A DNA stretch of 64,000 bases from an uncultured Candidatus Saccharibacteria bacterium (lineage in GTDB: Bacteria > Patescibacteriota > Minisyncoccia > 2-02-FULL-40-12 > GWA2-44-9). The DNA lies in the NCBI GenBank assembly GCA_964436165.1, contig CAYTBY010000001.1:73452-137451 (forward strand), in the 5' to 3' direction. Positions 1 through 9,655 of this stretch are shown here, piece by piece. The notes under the pieces are model-generated. The model had not been told where the DNA came from. It did no database searches and saw nothing but the letters and a program-made list of their open reading frames with translations. A program made the translations under genes and the position numbers. Position 1 is the stretch's first letter; every line of letters begins with the position of its first letter.

Positions 1-2373
1 TTGGGCCTTAGCGTGGGGTGTATAAACCATGATGGAAGCTACTTGTATGACGAAGGTCATACAACAAATCCCAAATCCCAAATCCCAAATTCCAAACAAA
101 TTCCAAATTCCAATGATCCCTCCTTCGCTGAAGCTTCCACCGTCGCTAAAGCTATGGCGGACAAGTCGGCGGGCAGGCAAAATTCAAAAGAAGAAAAATT
201 GGATAAAGAAAGAGATTTAACCGGAAGTTTCCATGTTGTTCATGAATTTTTGCGGCCGGTGACGAAGAAAGAGGCTTATGGCGCCGATATTACCTATGGT
301 ACTAATAATGAATATGGATTTGATTATTTGCGCGACAATATGGCCTACGATTCAAATCAGATGGCCCAAAGAACCGAGCACTCATTTGCAATCGTTGACG
401 AAGTCGATTCTATTTTAATTGACGAAGCCAGAACCCCGCTTATTATTTCCGCTCCCGACATTGATTCCGGAAAACTATACGAGACATTTTCCAGGGTTGT
501 CCCGAGTTTAAAAGAGAATGATGACTACAACGTTGATGAAAAACTCAAAGCTGTTTCTATAACTGAAAGCGGAATTGAAAAAGTTGAGAAAATGCTCGGT
601 CTTTCAAATATTTATGATGAAGGCGGAGTCCGTTATGTCCATCATTTGGAGCAAGCTCTAAAAGCCCAAATACTTTTTAGGCGGGATAAGGATTACGTGG
701 TCAAAGAGGGTGAAATTATTATTGTTGATGATTTCACGGGACGTTTAATGCCTGGCCGGCGCTGGTCGGAAGGTCTTCATCAGGCGATTGAGGCCAAAGA
801 GGGTGTCAATGTTCAGAAAGAGTCCCGGACTTTAGCCACTATTACTTTCCAGAATTATTTTCGTTTGTATAAAAAACTTGCCGGTATGACCGGAACGGCT
901 CGAACTTCAGCCGAGGAATTACACAAAGTATACAATATTGAGGTTATTTCCGTGCCGACAAATAAGCCGGCGATAAGAGGTGACTTAGCCGACAGGATTT
1001 ATAAAACAGAAATGGGCAAGTTCAAAGCAGTTGCCCGTGAAATTAAAGAACGAAACGAAAAGGGTCAGCCGGTTCTTATCGGGACGGTTTCTATTGAAAA
1101 AAATGAACTTCTCTCGATGCTTCTTCAGCGCGAAGGCGTTCAGCATAATATTTTAAATGCTAAAAATCATGAGAAAGAAGCAGAAATTATTGCTCAGGCG
1201 GGGCGCTTAGGTGCGGTGACGGTGGCGACCAACATGGCTGGCCGCGGCGTTGACATAATTCTTGGCGGCAACCCTGTTGAAGTCAAACTTCAACAGGGGG
1301 TGCGGGAGGCGGGGGGACTGCATGTAATTGGCACGGAGCGGCATGAAGCCCGCAGAATAGACGATCAGCTTCGCGGCCGTTCCGGCCGACAGGGCGATCC
1401 AGGTTCTTCTCAGTTTTTTGTTTCGACCGAAGATGATGTTATCCGCGTTTTTGGCGGTGACCGTCTGACGAATCTAATGAATACCCTTGGGATAGGGGAA
1501 GACGATGTTATAGAAAATCGTTTTGTTTCTCGGGCGATTGAGCAGGCCCAGTCAAGGATTGAAGGCCATAATTTTGATATTCGCAAATACGTTCTTGAGT
1601 ATGATGATGTGATGAATAAACACCGTGATGCCATCTATCGTTTGCGCAAAGAAATTTTGTTTTCTGATAATATTAAAGAAACTGTTTTGGGTTATGTTCT
1701 TGATGTCGTTAATCAAATAGTTATTCTCCATGCCCCTGAAGGAGAAACGGCCGAGTGGAATTTAGAAGAAATAGCCGAATCAATCAAAGCCCTTGTTGGT
1801 AGTCCGTCATCCGCCCCTTCTGGCGGAGGCGGAGGTTCTTTGCATTCTGAACTTCTGGAAGTTTCAAGCGATAAGAATTTTCATAAATTGTCAGAATATA
1901 TTCTTGATTATGTGACCAAGACCTATGAGGCTAAAGAGGGGGAAGTTGGAATTGAGATGATGAGACAACTTGAAAAGTTTGTTCTCTTGAGAACAATAGA
2001 CGAACTTTGGATGGATCATATTGAAGCGATGGAGTCGTTGCGTGAGTCGGTTCGTTTACGGGCTTACGGCCAGCGTGATCCGTTGATAGAATATAAAATC
2101 GAGGGTCAAAAAATGTTTGAGAATCTGCAAAATACGATCAAAGGCCAAGTGGCTAACCTCATTTTCAAAGTTTCGTTTATCCAACAACCGTGGGAAGTTA
2201 AGATGGAAGAGCGGAGACCTGATATTGTGGATAACGAATTAAGAAGTAAGAATAATGGTTTGGATGCTCAAAACCAAAATTCAAAATCCCAAATTCGTAA
2301 TTCAGCAGTTGGCCGCAACGACCCTTGTCCCTGTGGTAGCGGGAAGAAGTATAAGAAGTGTCATGGGGTCTAG
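1..2373 (+). CDS. secA: Preprotein translocase ATPase SecA (5' truncated by window)
   Basis: DEVDSILIDEARTPLIIS, GMTGTA, VATNMAGRGVDI, QLRGRSGRQGDPG and C-terminal SEC-C GRNDPCPCGSGKKYKKCHG; carries repeat-derived in-frame insertions. Confidence 0.99.
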   Translation: MGLSVGCINHDGSYLYDEGHTTNPKSQIPNSKQIPNSNDPSFAEASTVAKAMADKSAGRQNSKEEKLDKERDLTGSFHVVHEFLRPVTKKEAYGADITYGTNNEYGFDYLRDNMAYDSNQMAQRTEHSFAIVDEVDSILIDEARTPLIISAPDIDSGKLYETFSRVVPSLKENDDYNVDEKLKAVSITESGIEKVEKMLGLSNIYDEGGVRYVHHLEQALKAQILFRRDKDYVVKEGEIIIVDDFTGRLMPGRRWSEGLHQAIEAKEGVNVQKESRTLATITFQNYFRLYKKLAGMTGTARTSAEELHKVYNIEVISVPTNKPAIRGDLADRIYKTEMGKFKAVAREIKERNEKGQPVLIGTVSIEKNELLSMLLQREGVQHNILNAKNHEKEAEIIAQAGRLGAVTVATNMAGRGVDIILGGNPVEVKLQQGVREAGGLHVIGTERHEARRIDDQLRGRSGRQGDPGSSQFFVSTEDDVIRVFGGDRLTNLMNTLGIGEDDVIENRFVSRAIEQAQSRIEGHNFDIRKYVLEYDDVMNKHRDAIYRLRKEILFSDNIKETVLGYVLDVVNQIVILHAPEGETAEWNLEEIAESIKALVGSPSSAPSGGGGGSLHSELLEVSSDKNFHKLSEYILDYVTKTYEAKEGEVGIEMMRQLEKFVLLRTIDELWMDHIEAMESLRESVRLRAYGQRDPLIEYKIEGQKMFENLQNTIKGQVANLIFKVSFIQQPWEVKMEERRPDIVDNELRSKNNGLDAQNQNSKSQIRNSAVGRNDPCPCGSGKKYKKCHGV
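66..177 (+). repeat. Heptamer tandem array (AAATCCC-like) followed by nested palindromic elements, in-frame within secA
   Basis: aaatccc/aaattcc units at ~66-112; outer element tccttcgctgaagct...tcggcgggcagg interrupted by 30-bp tccaccgtcgctaaagctatggcggacaag (136-165). Confidence 0.85.
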
Positions 2374-2439
2374 CGGATTTGACCCATGGCTACTAATATT
2401 TTACAATCCCTCTTAGTTTTATTGAAAATTATAAGGGGT

Positions 2440-4572
2440 ATGACGATGGAATTTAGTGCGTGGATAGCCGTTGGTTTAGTAGCTATTTTCGCTGTTTTTG
2501 TAAATAAAGATTCTCATCCTATGCCTAAAACTAAAAAAGTAGAAGTTATTGATGACATTCATGGAATAAAAGTCTCCGATCCTTATCGATGGCTCGAAGA
2601 AAATACTTCTCCTGAAGTGCAAGCTTGGGTTGACGAACAAAATGTCCATACCCGCTCACTCATTGACAAGATTAAATCGCGTGATGCGATCAAAGTGCGC
2701 ATGCGTGAACTTTTCAATCTAGATACGGTTGCAGTCCCTTATCCAAAGAATGGTCATTATTTTTTCGTCGAGCGTAAAGGCGGTCAGGATCTTGGTGTAC
2801 TTTATGTCCAAGACGGATTACTGGCTTCGCCACGTGTTCTCATAGATCAAAACACTCTTTCACCGGATAAAAAGACAGTCCTTTCAGGATGGACACCTTC
2901 GGAAGATGGCAAACTTTTAGCATACGGACTTTCCAAGACTGCTAATGATCGCAATAGTATTCGGATTCTGGACGTATCTTCAGGTAAAGATTTGTCTGAT
3001 GAAATTCCGGAAACTGGATATCCGAGTTTTGGAGCTTGGTCGTATGACGGTACCGGATTCTGGTATGTCCGTAGAGATCCAAATGCTCCCGAAAATGGCG
3101 AAGAGAAGTTCTATAAACGGATTTTCTATCATAGGCTAGGTGATGATCCCAAAAATGATGTTATTGTTTTTGGTGACGGCCGTGAAAAAACCGACTATCT
3201 TGGAGCTCAGGCTTCAAAAGACGGTCGGTGGTTGCTCGTTAGTGCCTATGTTACTACCGGAGAAAAACCAAGAAACGAACTTTACTTAAAAGATTTGCAA
3301 GATATTCAAGGTGGATTCATAATCGTTGTTGAAGGGAAAGATGCTATTTTTGGAGCAACATTTCATCGCGGTCTTCTGTATATCCTTACTAATTATAAAG
3401 CCCCGAATTGGACTATCAGGTCTGTTTCGCTTGAAAATGTTGGTGGAGGCATGGTCCAATGGAATACGGTTATTCCGGAAAATGACAATGCGGTTATTGA
3501 AACTTTCCTTACAGTTAAAAATCGTCTTTTTGTGCAGACACTCGAAAATGTTCATTCGGTTCTGGGGGAATATAGGCTCGACGGTTCTGTATTACAGGAA
3601 ATTCCACTTCCGTCTCTGGGTACGCTTGGTGGTATAACCGGCGAAGACGAAGGAGAGGAAATCTTTTTTGGTTTTACTTCATTCGTGGTTCCGCACAATG
3701 TCTATCGTCGGGATCTTAGTAATGGGGCAGTGAGTCTTTTCAAGAAAGCTGAAGGCGGGATTCAAGAGTCAGATTTTCAAGTAGAACAGAGATGGTATCA
3801 GTCAAAAGACGGGACCAAAGTCCCGATGTTCATAGTTTCAAAGAAGGGATTACAGCGAGATGGTAAAAATCCAACCATGCTGTACGGTTATGGAGGATTT
3901 AACATTTCTATTACGCCAAGCTTTACTAAAACAACCGTTTCTTTCCTTGAAGCGGGTGGGGTATACGTAGAGGCTAATCTTCGTGGCGGATCAGAGTTCG
4001 GCGAAAAGTGGCACGAAGGCGGTATGCGTAAGAATAAACAGAATGTATTTGACGATTTTATTGTAGCGGCAGAATTTCTTATCAGTGAAAAATATACTTC
4101 GAAAAATAAACTTGCTATTTTTGGCTGGTCAAACGGCGGACTTCTTGCTGGAGCTTGCCTCACCCAACGGCCGGATCTATACAAAGCCGTAGTGATCGGT
4201 AATCCTGTCCTTGATATGCTTCGCTATCATTTATTTGATGGCGGGCGTCTTTGGATTCCAGATTATGGATCCGCAGAAGAAGCGGATATGGCGCCTTACC
4301 TATTAAGCTATAGTCCATACCACAATGTTCGAAAGGGGACTAAATATCCATCAACCCTAATTCTTACTTCGGATAGTGATGACCGGGTTCATCCTGGACA
4401 GGCGTATAAAACAGTGGCCAGGCTTCAAGAGGCAAATATTTCCAAAAACCCGATTCTATTGCGGGTTGAAACAAAAGCTGGACATGGCGGTGCGGCGGCT
4501 ATTTCTGCTACCATTGAACAGTACGCCGATATCTGGAGTTTTGTATTCTGGCAGTTAGGGGTTAAAAACTAA
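2440..4572 (+). CDS. Prolyl oligopeptidase (peptidase S9A) with N-terminal hydrophobic anchor
   Basis: DPYRWLE, YGYGGF, NLRGGSEFG, nucleophile GWSNGG, DDRV, GHG; start uncertain (2386/2440/2521). Confidence 0.95.
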   Translation: MTMEFSAWIAVGLVAIFAVFVNKDSHPMPKTKKVEVIDDIHGIKVSDPYRWLEENTSPEVQAWVDEQNVHTRSLIDKIKSRDAIKVRMRELFNLDTVAVPYPKNGHYFFVERKGGQDLGVLYVQDGLLASPRVLIDQNTLSPDKKTVLSGWTPSEDGKLLAYGLSKTANDRNSIRILDVSSGKDLSDEIPETGYPSFGAWSYDGTGFWYVRRDPNAPENGEEKFYKRIFYHRLGDDPKNDVIVFGDGREKTDYLGAQASKDGRWLLVSAYVTTGEKPRNELYLKDLQDIQGGFIIVVEGKDAIFGATFHRGLLYILTNYKAPNWTIRSVSLENVGGGMVQWNTVIPENDNAVIETFLTVKNRLFVQTLENVHSVLGEYRLDGSVLQEIPLPSLGTLGGITGEDEGEEIFFGFTSFVVPHNVYRRDLSNGAVSLFKKAEGGIQESDFQVEQRWYQSKDGTKVPMFIVSKKGLQRDGKNPTMLYGYGGFNISITPSFTKTTVSFLEAGGVYVEANLRGGSEFGEKWHEGGMRKNKQNVFDDFIVAAEFLISEKYTSKNKLAIFGWSNGGLLAGACLTQRPDLYKAVVIGNPVLDMLRYHLFDGGRLWIPDYGSAEEADMAPYLLSYSPYHNVRKGTKYPSTLILTSDSDDRVHPGQAYKTVARLQEANISKNPILLRVETKAGHGGAAAISATIEQYADIWSFVFWQLGVKN

Positions 4573-4639
4573 GCAGTCATATTTGACTGCTTTTATTTTT
4601 AACTGAAATAGTAATATAATAAACCCCATATCCTATTCG

Positions 4640-4860
4640 GCTAGGAGTTATGATATATCATAACAACTTGCGCCGCATGGGTTTAATAACTTTTCATGAA
4701 AACTACTAAAGTTAAAAATAAAAAAGAGAACAAAACCGATTGGAAATATTTTGATGATTGTCTGATCTGCAAAGCTATGGAAAAAGCTGATAAGCGGGGT
4801 AGAAATTTGTCTATGGAAGAATTAAAATCAGCATTTAAAGAACAGAATAAGAAAAATAAT
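4640..4860. repeat. Copy 1 of ~220-bp direct repeat (palindrome + small CxxC ORF)
   Basis: Aligns without offset to 9380-9600 (4740 bp apart). Confidence 0.9.
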
Positions 4861-4869
4861 AAAACTTAA
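4696..4869 (+). CDS. Small CxxC-containing hypothetical protein (57 aa), paralog of 9436-9618
   Basis: Hand translation MKTTKVKNKKENKTDWKYFDDCLICKAMEKADKRG...; below the ORF-track cutoff; ORF intact in both copies. Confidence 0.75.
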   Translation: MKTTKVKNKKENKTDWKYFDDCLICKAMEKADKRGRNLSMEELKSAFKEQNKKNNKT

Positions 4870-6342
4870 ATGAAGAAGGGTACAATTGGAAAAGTTGTAG
4901 ATTACTATTTTTCAAATCCACAATATTTGAGGGAGGTTGAGGGGGCGATGATAGAATTTTTTGAGGTCGAATCAGCTCAAGCGCTAAGAAGAAGGAGTAT
5001 GGATGAAAAAGAACTTGGATTTTTTACCGAATGGTTTATCTTTGATTATCAATGGAGAGATGGGGGAACTACGTTGGAAAGTTTTTGTGATAACAATCCG
5101 CTTGGTTTTGAGAAGGCAGATTTACAAATATATAAAGATTTACAGGCAAATCTCTATGGCATGTGGGAAGTGGTCTCTGTCGAGCCTGGCAAAAGTCTCG
5201 AATTGGAAAATCTACAGACCGGTAAAAAGTTCAACGTCAAAGAATATAAAGCCACTTTCCAATTACGTCCCAAAGACATTTTTTATAATCGCCTTGCCTT
5301 CATAGATAGCCGTTGGGAAATCGTAGGAGCTGATTCGTTCAATCTTGGCATTAAATTCAATAAATCCGTTAAGGAAATATGGCGAAAAGATAGATCTTTG
5401 ATTACCCCAAAAGATGCTGTTAAGATGTGGGATAGTCATTCTGATAATGGTGTTGAGTCGCATGGTGATTTGCGATCAATAGAAGAAGTGGAAGAAAAAT
5501 TTTCCAGGATGCTGAAGAAATTTAAGATTGATACTTTTGTTACAACGGGGCTAGTTAAAAAATGGATATACAATCTTAAACGTAATGCTACGGCACATAC
5601 AGAGATTATCGATCGTCTAACCGGATTGGTAAATTTTAACGATCTCGGTGAATCGCTAGACATAGAAGATCTCATCGGTTCATATAATGATTTTTATAAT
5701 TTATGTCTGCAAAAAGGTTTAAAAAATAAATCGCCCGGCCAGCTTGTAGCCGAAAGGGATAATTCTTATGAACCTGATTTTGAAATGAACATTACGCCTA
5801 TTGGCCACGGCGAAGATTTGGATAAATTATATGAGAAGGCTTTTAACGAAATGAATTCGGGAGATTATTATAACGCGCTCAAGAGTTTCGATAGGTGTTT
5901 TAAAGAATTTTTAAAAAGGCGTACCACAGTATTTTATATTTATCGTTTATATGCAAATAAGGCAGTATCTCATTTTGCATGTGGACAAAGAGCTGAAGGC
6001 AAAAAGATGGTCGATATGGCCTTAGAATTAAATCCGAATTATGATTTTGGTCAAAAACTCTTGCGTCAATATAAGGATGGTGAGTTCGATTTTGATATTA
6101 AGAAAATATTAGGGATAAAATTGTCTACAAATTATCTTAAAAAAGACTCTTCAGAACTTTATTATGACTTCCTTAAAACATTGGGTATTAATTTTGCCAC
6201 GCCAACTCTAACTACTTCGGAGATTAGGATATACAATCCAAAAGGCGAGCTTGTGAAAGCTGGCCGGAATGATCCTTGTCCGTGCAAAGCCAAGCATCCC
6301 GATGGCCGTTTCAAAAAGTTTAAACATTGTCACGGCCGGTAA
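4870..6342 (+). CDS. SEC-C motif / TPR-like hypothetical protein
   Basis: TPR-like helices (ALELNPNY) and C-terminal GRNDPCPC...KKFKHCHG. Confidence 0.8.
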   Translation: MKKGTIGKVVDYYFSNPQYLREVEGAMIEFFEVESAQALRRRSMDEKELGFFTEWFIFDYQWRDGGTTLESFCDNNPLGFEKADLQIYKDLQANLYGMWEVVSVEPGKSLELENLQTGKKFNVKEYKATFQLRPKDIFYNRLAFIDSRWEIVGADSFNLGIKFNKSVKEIWRKDRSLITPKDAVKMWDSHSDNGVESHGDLRSIEEVEEKFSRMLKKFKIDTFVTTGLVKKWIYNLKRNATAHTEIIDRLTGLVNFNDLGESLDIEDLIGSYNDFYNLCLQKGLKNKSPGQLVAERDNSYEPDFEMNITPIGHGEDLDKLYEKAFNEMNSGDYYNALKSFDRCFKEFLKRRTTVFYIYRLYANKAVSHFACGQRAEGKKMVDMALELNPNYDFGQKLLRQYKDGEFDFDIKKILGIKLSTNYLKKDSSELYYDFLKTLGINFATPTLTTSEIRIYNPKGELVKAGRNDPCPCKAKHPDGRFKKFKHCHGR

Positions 6343-6457
6343 AGTTGCTGCACGATTCACTAAGCGGTTATTGGGCCACAAGATAGTTGGCATCCTTTGA
6401 CACAATATAAACTAAGTGATAAGATAGTATATATCTACAAAAGACGCATAGACTTTT

Positions 6458-7588
6458 ATGAATATCGAAATCGGTAAGAATATAATACAAAAAGGAGGAT
6501 TTAAGGCCTTTATCCCTAATACCTTCCCCCCTAGGGGCATTTTTAACCTACCCCAAGATATTTTGATAAAAGCTGCCGAAGCCGATCGTTTAGTCGGTAA
6601 ATTAGATGGGGTAACTCATACACTCCCTGATGTCGATTTTTTTCTCTCGATGTTTGTGGCTAAAGATGCTGAATCTTCTTCCCAAATCGAAGGCACTAAG
6701 GCAACTATCATAGATGCCATGGAGATAAAAGCAGGCGTTGCTATAAAAGATACTGATGCCGATGATATTTTGTATTATATTAAGGCACTAAACTATGGAC
6801 TCAAAAGATTAGAAAAATTTCCTTTATCACTTCGTCTAATTCGGGAAATTCACGCACAACTTATGACTGGAGCTCGGGCAACACATTTTTCAGATCCGGG
6901 AGAGTTTCGTAAATCTCAAAATTGGATTGGCGGCACAAGACCTGATAATGCTTCTTTTGTTCCGCCGACCGTAGAAGAAATGCAATGTGCTCTCAATGAT
7001 CTTGAGAAGTTTTTGCATAATGAAAAATCTACTTTGCCTATTATTCATGTTGCTTTGACCCATGCTCAGTTTGAAACTATACACCCTTTTCTTGATGGAA
7101 ATGGAAGGACGGGCCGATTAATAATTACCATGCTCTTGTGCCACAGAAATATGCTCGAAAGACCAGTACTTTTTCTATCTTCGTATTTCAGGAAATATCA
7201 AAAAGTTTATTATCAAAAACTCCTAGGCTATCATTATGGTGAAGTTGGAGCTTGGCTGAACTTTTTTCTTGATGGCGTGATTGAGACAGCTAACAATGGC
7301 ATTTTAGTTTCAAAACAGATAACTAAACTTCGAGAAGATGATATGGCAAAAATTCTGGCGCTTGCCAAAAGAGAATCGGAAAGCGGTGTTTTGGTGTTGC
7401 AAAAATTATATGCTCAGCCAATTGTTTCAACTCGAAATATTATGAAATGGACTGGCTTCAGTCGGGCTGGCGCCCAAAAACTCGTTGATAGATTTATTAA
7501 TCTTGGTATTCTTGAGCTGAAGGATGAGAAAGAAACATATGACCGCACTTATATTTATGGGAAGTATGTTCAGATCTTTACTCAATAG
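6458..7588 (+). CDS. Fic family protein (Fic_N + Fic + HTH)
   Basis: Canonical HPFLDGNGRTGR motif; SSQIEG N-terminal motif. Confidence 0.95.
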   Translation: MNIEIGKNIIQKGGFKAFIPNTFPPRGIFNLPQDILIKAAEADRLVGKLDGVTHTLPDVDFFLSMFVAKDAESSSQIEGTKATIIDAMEIKAGVAIKDTDADDILYYIKALNYGLKRLEKFPLSLRLIREIHAQLMTGARATHFSDPGEFRKSQNWIGGTRPDNASFVPPTVEEMQCALNDLEKFLHNEKSTLPIIHVALTHAQFETIHPFLDGNGRTGRLIITMLLCHRNMLERPVLFLSSYFRKYQKVYYQKLLGYHYGEVGAWLNFFLDGVIETANNGILVSKQITKLREDDMAKILALAKRESESGVLVLQKLYAQPIVSTRNIMKWTGFSRAGAQKLVDRFINLGILELKDEKETYDRTYIYGKYVQIFTQ

Positions 7589-7592
7589 AATC

Positions 7593-7772
7593 GTGAAAAC
7601 AAAAACTAAAAAAGAAATATATTATAAGTGCAGGAAATGTGGCGATGAGATTTATTGGAATACCCGCAAGAAAATGATCCACTGTAAATGTGGCGCTATT
7701 GCTGTAGACGGATGCGAAGATTATATAAGGCTGATTGGCGAAGAAAATGATTATAAGTCAATCAAAAAATAG
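7593..7772 (+). CDS. Small zinc-finger-like hypothetical protein
   Basis: CRKCGD...CKCGAIAVDG; GTG start after the Fic stop preferred. Confidence 0.7.
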   Translation: MKTKTKKEIYYKCRKCGDEIYWNTRKKMIHCKCGAIAVDGCEDYIRLIGEENDYKSIKK

Positions 7773-7850
7773 TTTCCTAATCGTCTAATCATATCAAAAA
7801 GTGCTATGAGAAATAAAAAAAATCGCAGAGCGACTTGCATTTTTAAATTG

Positions 7851-7870
7851 ATGTACGTTATAATGTACGT
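7851..7870 (+). promoter_or_regulatory. TA promoter -10 (TATAAT) flanked by ATGTACGT direct repeats, probable autorepression operator
   Basis: atgtacgt-ta-ta-atgtacgt directly before the antitoxin ATG; TTGCAT upstream. Confidence 0.55.
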
Positions 7871-8251
7871 ATGAATATAAAGACAACCATACCTATCTCA
7901 GAAGCTAGGAAAAATATATTTAAAATCTCAGAAAAGATTCAAAAACCTGGTGTTTATTTTACTTTCACTGAAAAAGGCAAACCCAAGGGTGTTATTATGT
8001 CAGCCGAAGAGTTTGAATCTTGGACAGAAACAATGGAGGTTATGCAGCAATTTCCCAACCTTGACAAGGATATTGCCGAAGCTGATAGAGCAATCCGGAC
8101 CGGACAATATAAGAGATATCCCACCCTGGATGATCTTAAGAAGGACTGGGGTTTTAAAGTTGCAGAAAAAGTAAATAAAAAAGATGCCATTTCAATTGTA
8201 TCTAAAACCAAAAGTAAGAAAAAAACTTCAAGATATTCGGGAAAAAGATAG
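7871..8251 (+). CDS. Phd/YefM family antitoxin
   Basis: ISEARKN...TEKGKPKGVIMSAEEFESW; overlaps the downstream toxin. Confidence 0.9.
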   Translation: MNIKTTIPISEARKNIFKISEKIQKPGVYFTFTEKGKPKGVIMSAEEFESWTETMEVMQQFPNLDKDIAEADRAIRTGQYKRYPTLDDLKKDWGFKVAEKVNKKDAISIVSKTKSKKKTSRYSGKR

Positions 8252-8435
8252 GAAACGCATTGTCGGTGCTTTTGATTCTATAGTAAATGATCCTTTCTTT
8301 GGGAAGCAACTTCATGGCGAACGAGTCGGTCAATATTCGGTTCGGGTTTGGCCCCATCGAATTATTTATCGTGTTGATAAAAATCGATTACTTGTCATTA
8401 TTATCGAATTTGGTCATCGTCAGGGAATTTATTAA
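8184..8435 (+). CDS. RelE/ParE family toxin
   Basis: DPFFGKQLHG...YSVRVWPHRIIYRV...FGHRQGIY; follows the antitoxin. Confidence 0.9.
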   Translation: MPFQLYLKPKVRKKLQDIREKDRKRIVGAFDSIVNDPFFGKQLHGERVGQYSVRVWPHRIIYRVDKNRLLVIIIEFGHRQGIY

Positions 8436-8438
8436 AAA

Positions 8439-8939
8439 ATGACAGAAAAATTATCTTCAAAATCCGTTGAGAAGAAAGAAAATTTACCTAAAGCCGAAAC
8501 TATAACCGGACAAGAACTTTTTGATTTAATCTATAAAGGAGAATCAGAGCCTCAAGATGATCGCTTTTTAAACTCTAAGGAAGGCGGAGTTTTTAAATAT
8601 TTTAATATCTAAAATCTTATAAATATACATAAAAGTCGTGATAACTTTTTCTATCCTATAATTAAAATTGATAATAAGATCGTTGCCATCTGCGAACTCG
8701 AAAAGAGCCCCTATGAAGAAAATTTATATTGGATAACTGGTGTTTCCGTAGATTCTACTTATCGAGGCAAGCGTTATGCGTCTATGGTTTTAGAAGAGAC
8801 ATTTAGATTTGCCGAAGAAAAAGGCGTTGCATTATTGGGTTCGCGGTATTCTGAGGAAGGATCTGCGAAGTTAAAATCAGTTTGTGATAGATTGGCAGAT
8901 AAATACGGAGTAGAATTTAGGGAGAGTGAGCATCAATAA
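8439..8939 (+). pseudogene. GNAT acetyltransferase with one in-frame TAA at 8610-8612
   Basis: 166-codon frame; motif A VSVDSTYRGKRYAS lies after the stop. Confidence 0.8.
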
Positions 8940-8987
8940 AATCTTTCCTAATCGTCTAAAATTTTAAGAAGTGTCATGGGAAATAAT

Positions 8988-9263
8988 ATGGAAAATTTAG
9001 AGCAAAAAATCCAAAAAATTGAGGAAAGAAATCAGCGAGTCGAAGTTGATAAAGCATGGGAAACAAGCTGGACAAGGCGAGTTTTGTTGGCCATATTTAC
9101 ATATATTTCAATCGGAGTGTATATGTGGGCAATTGAGATAACGCGCTCGTGGTTGAATGCAGTAGTACCCGCTGTGGCATTTATGCTATCAACGCTCACA
9201 ATGCCGCTTTTCAAAAAATTATGGCTGAAAAACAAGGAAAAATCCCTGCGTGACAGTATTTAA
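8988..9263 (+). CDS. Small membrane protein
   Basis: RVEVDKAWETSWTRR followed by two TM helices. Confidence 0.8.
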   Translation: MENLEQKIQKIEERNQRVEVDKAWETSWTRRVLLAIFTYISIGVYMWAIEITRSWLNAVVPAVAFMLSTLTMPLFKKLWLKNKEKSLRDSI

Positions 9264-9379
9264 AGTGTAAAAATGTGGTCTTGCTTGTCCTGAGGTATTC
9301 GAAGGATAAATAGCTCGGAACATCAGCAGTTTTCCGGGTCGAGAATATAGAGTAAAATCATTTTTTTGAAAATAATAAC

Positions 9380-9600
9380 GCTAGGAGTTATGATATATCA
9401 TAACTCCTAGCACTGTATGGGTTTAATAATTTTTTATGAAAACCACTAAAGTTAAAAATAAAAAAGAGAACAAAACCGATTGGGAATATTTTGATGATTG
9501 CGGAATCTGCCAGGCCATGAAAGTAGCCGATAAACAAGGAAGAAGTCTATCGGGAAAAGAATTAGCAGAGGCATTTAAGAAGCAGAACAAAAAGAATAAT
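9380..9600. repeat. Copy 2 of ~220-bp direct repeat, beginning with a perfect 32-bp palindrome
   Basis: gctaggagttatgata|tatcataactcctagc at 9380-9411. Confidence 0.9.
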
Positions 9601-9618
9601 GATGAAAAATATAATTAG
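9436..9618 (+). CDS. Small CxxC-containing hypothetical protein
   Basis: FDDCGICQAM; paralog of 4696-4869. Confidence 0.75.
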   Translation: MKTTKVKNKKENKTDWEYFDDCGICQAMKVADKQGRSLSGKELAEAFKKQNKKNNDEKYN

Positions 9619-9655
9619 TGAGGGGAAATATAAACGGTTTGAGCGAAAAAATTAA

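Noticed and set aside
8610-8612. Stop-codon reassignment (code 25 or TAA readthrough)
   Set aside because: A single case; TAA, TAG and TGA all terminate conserved genes normally (e.g. murE ends in TGA).
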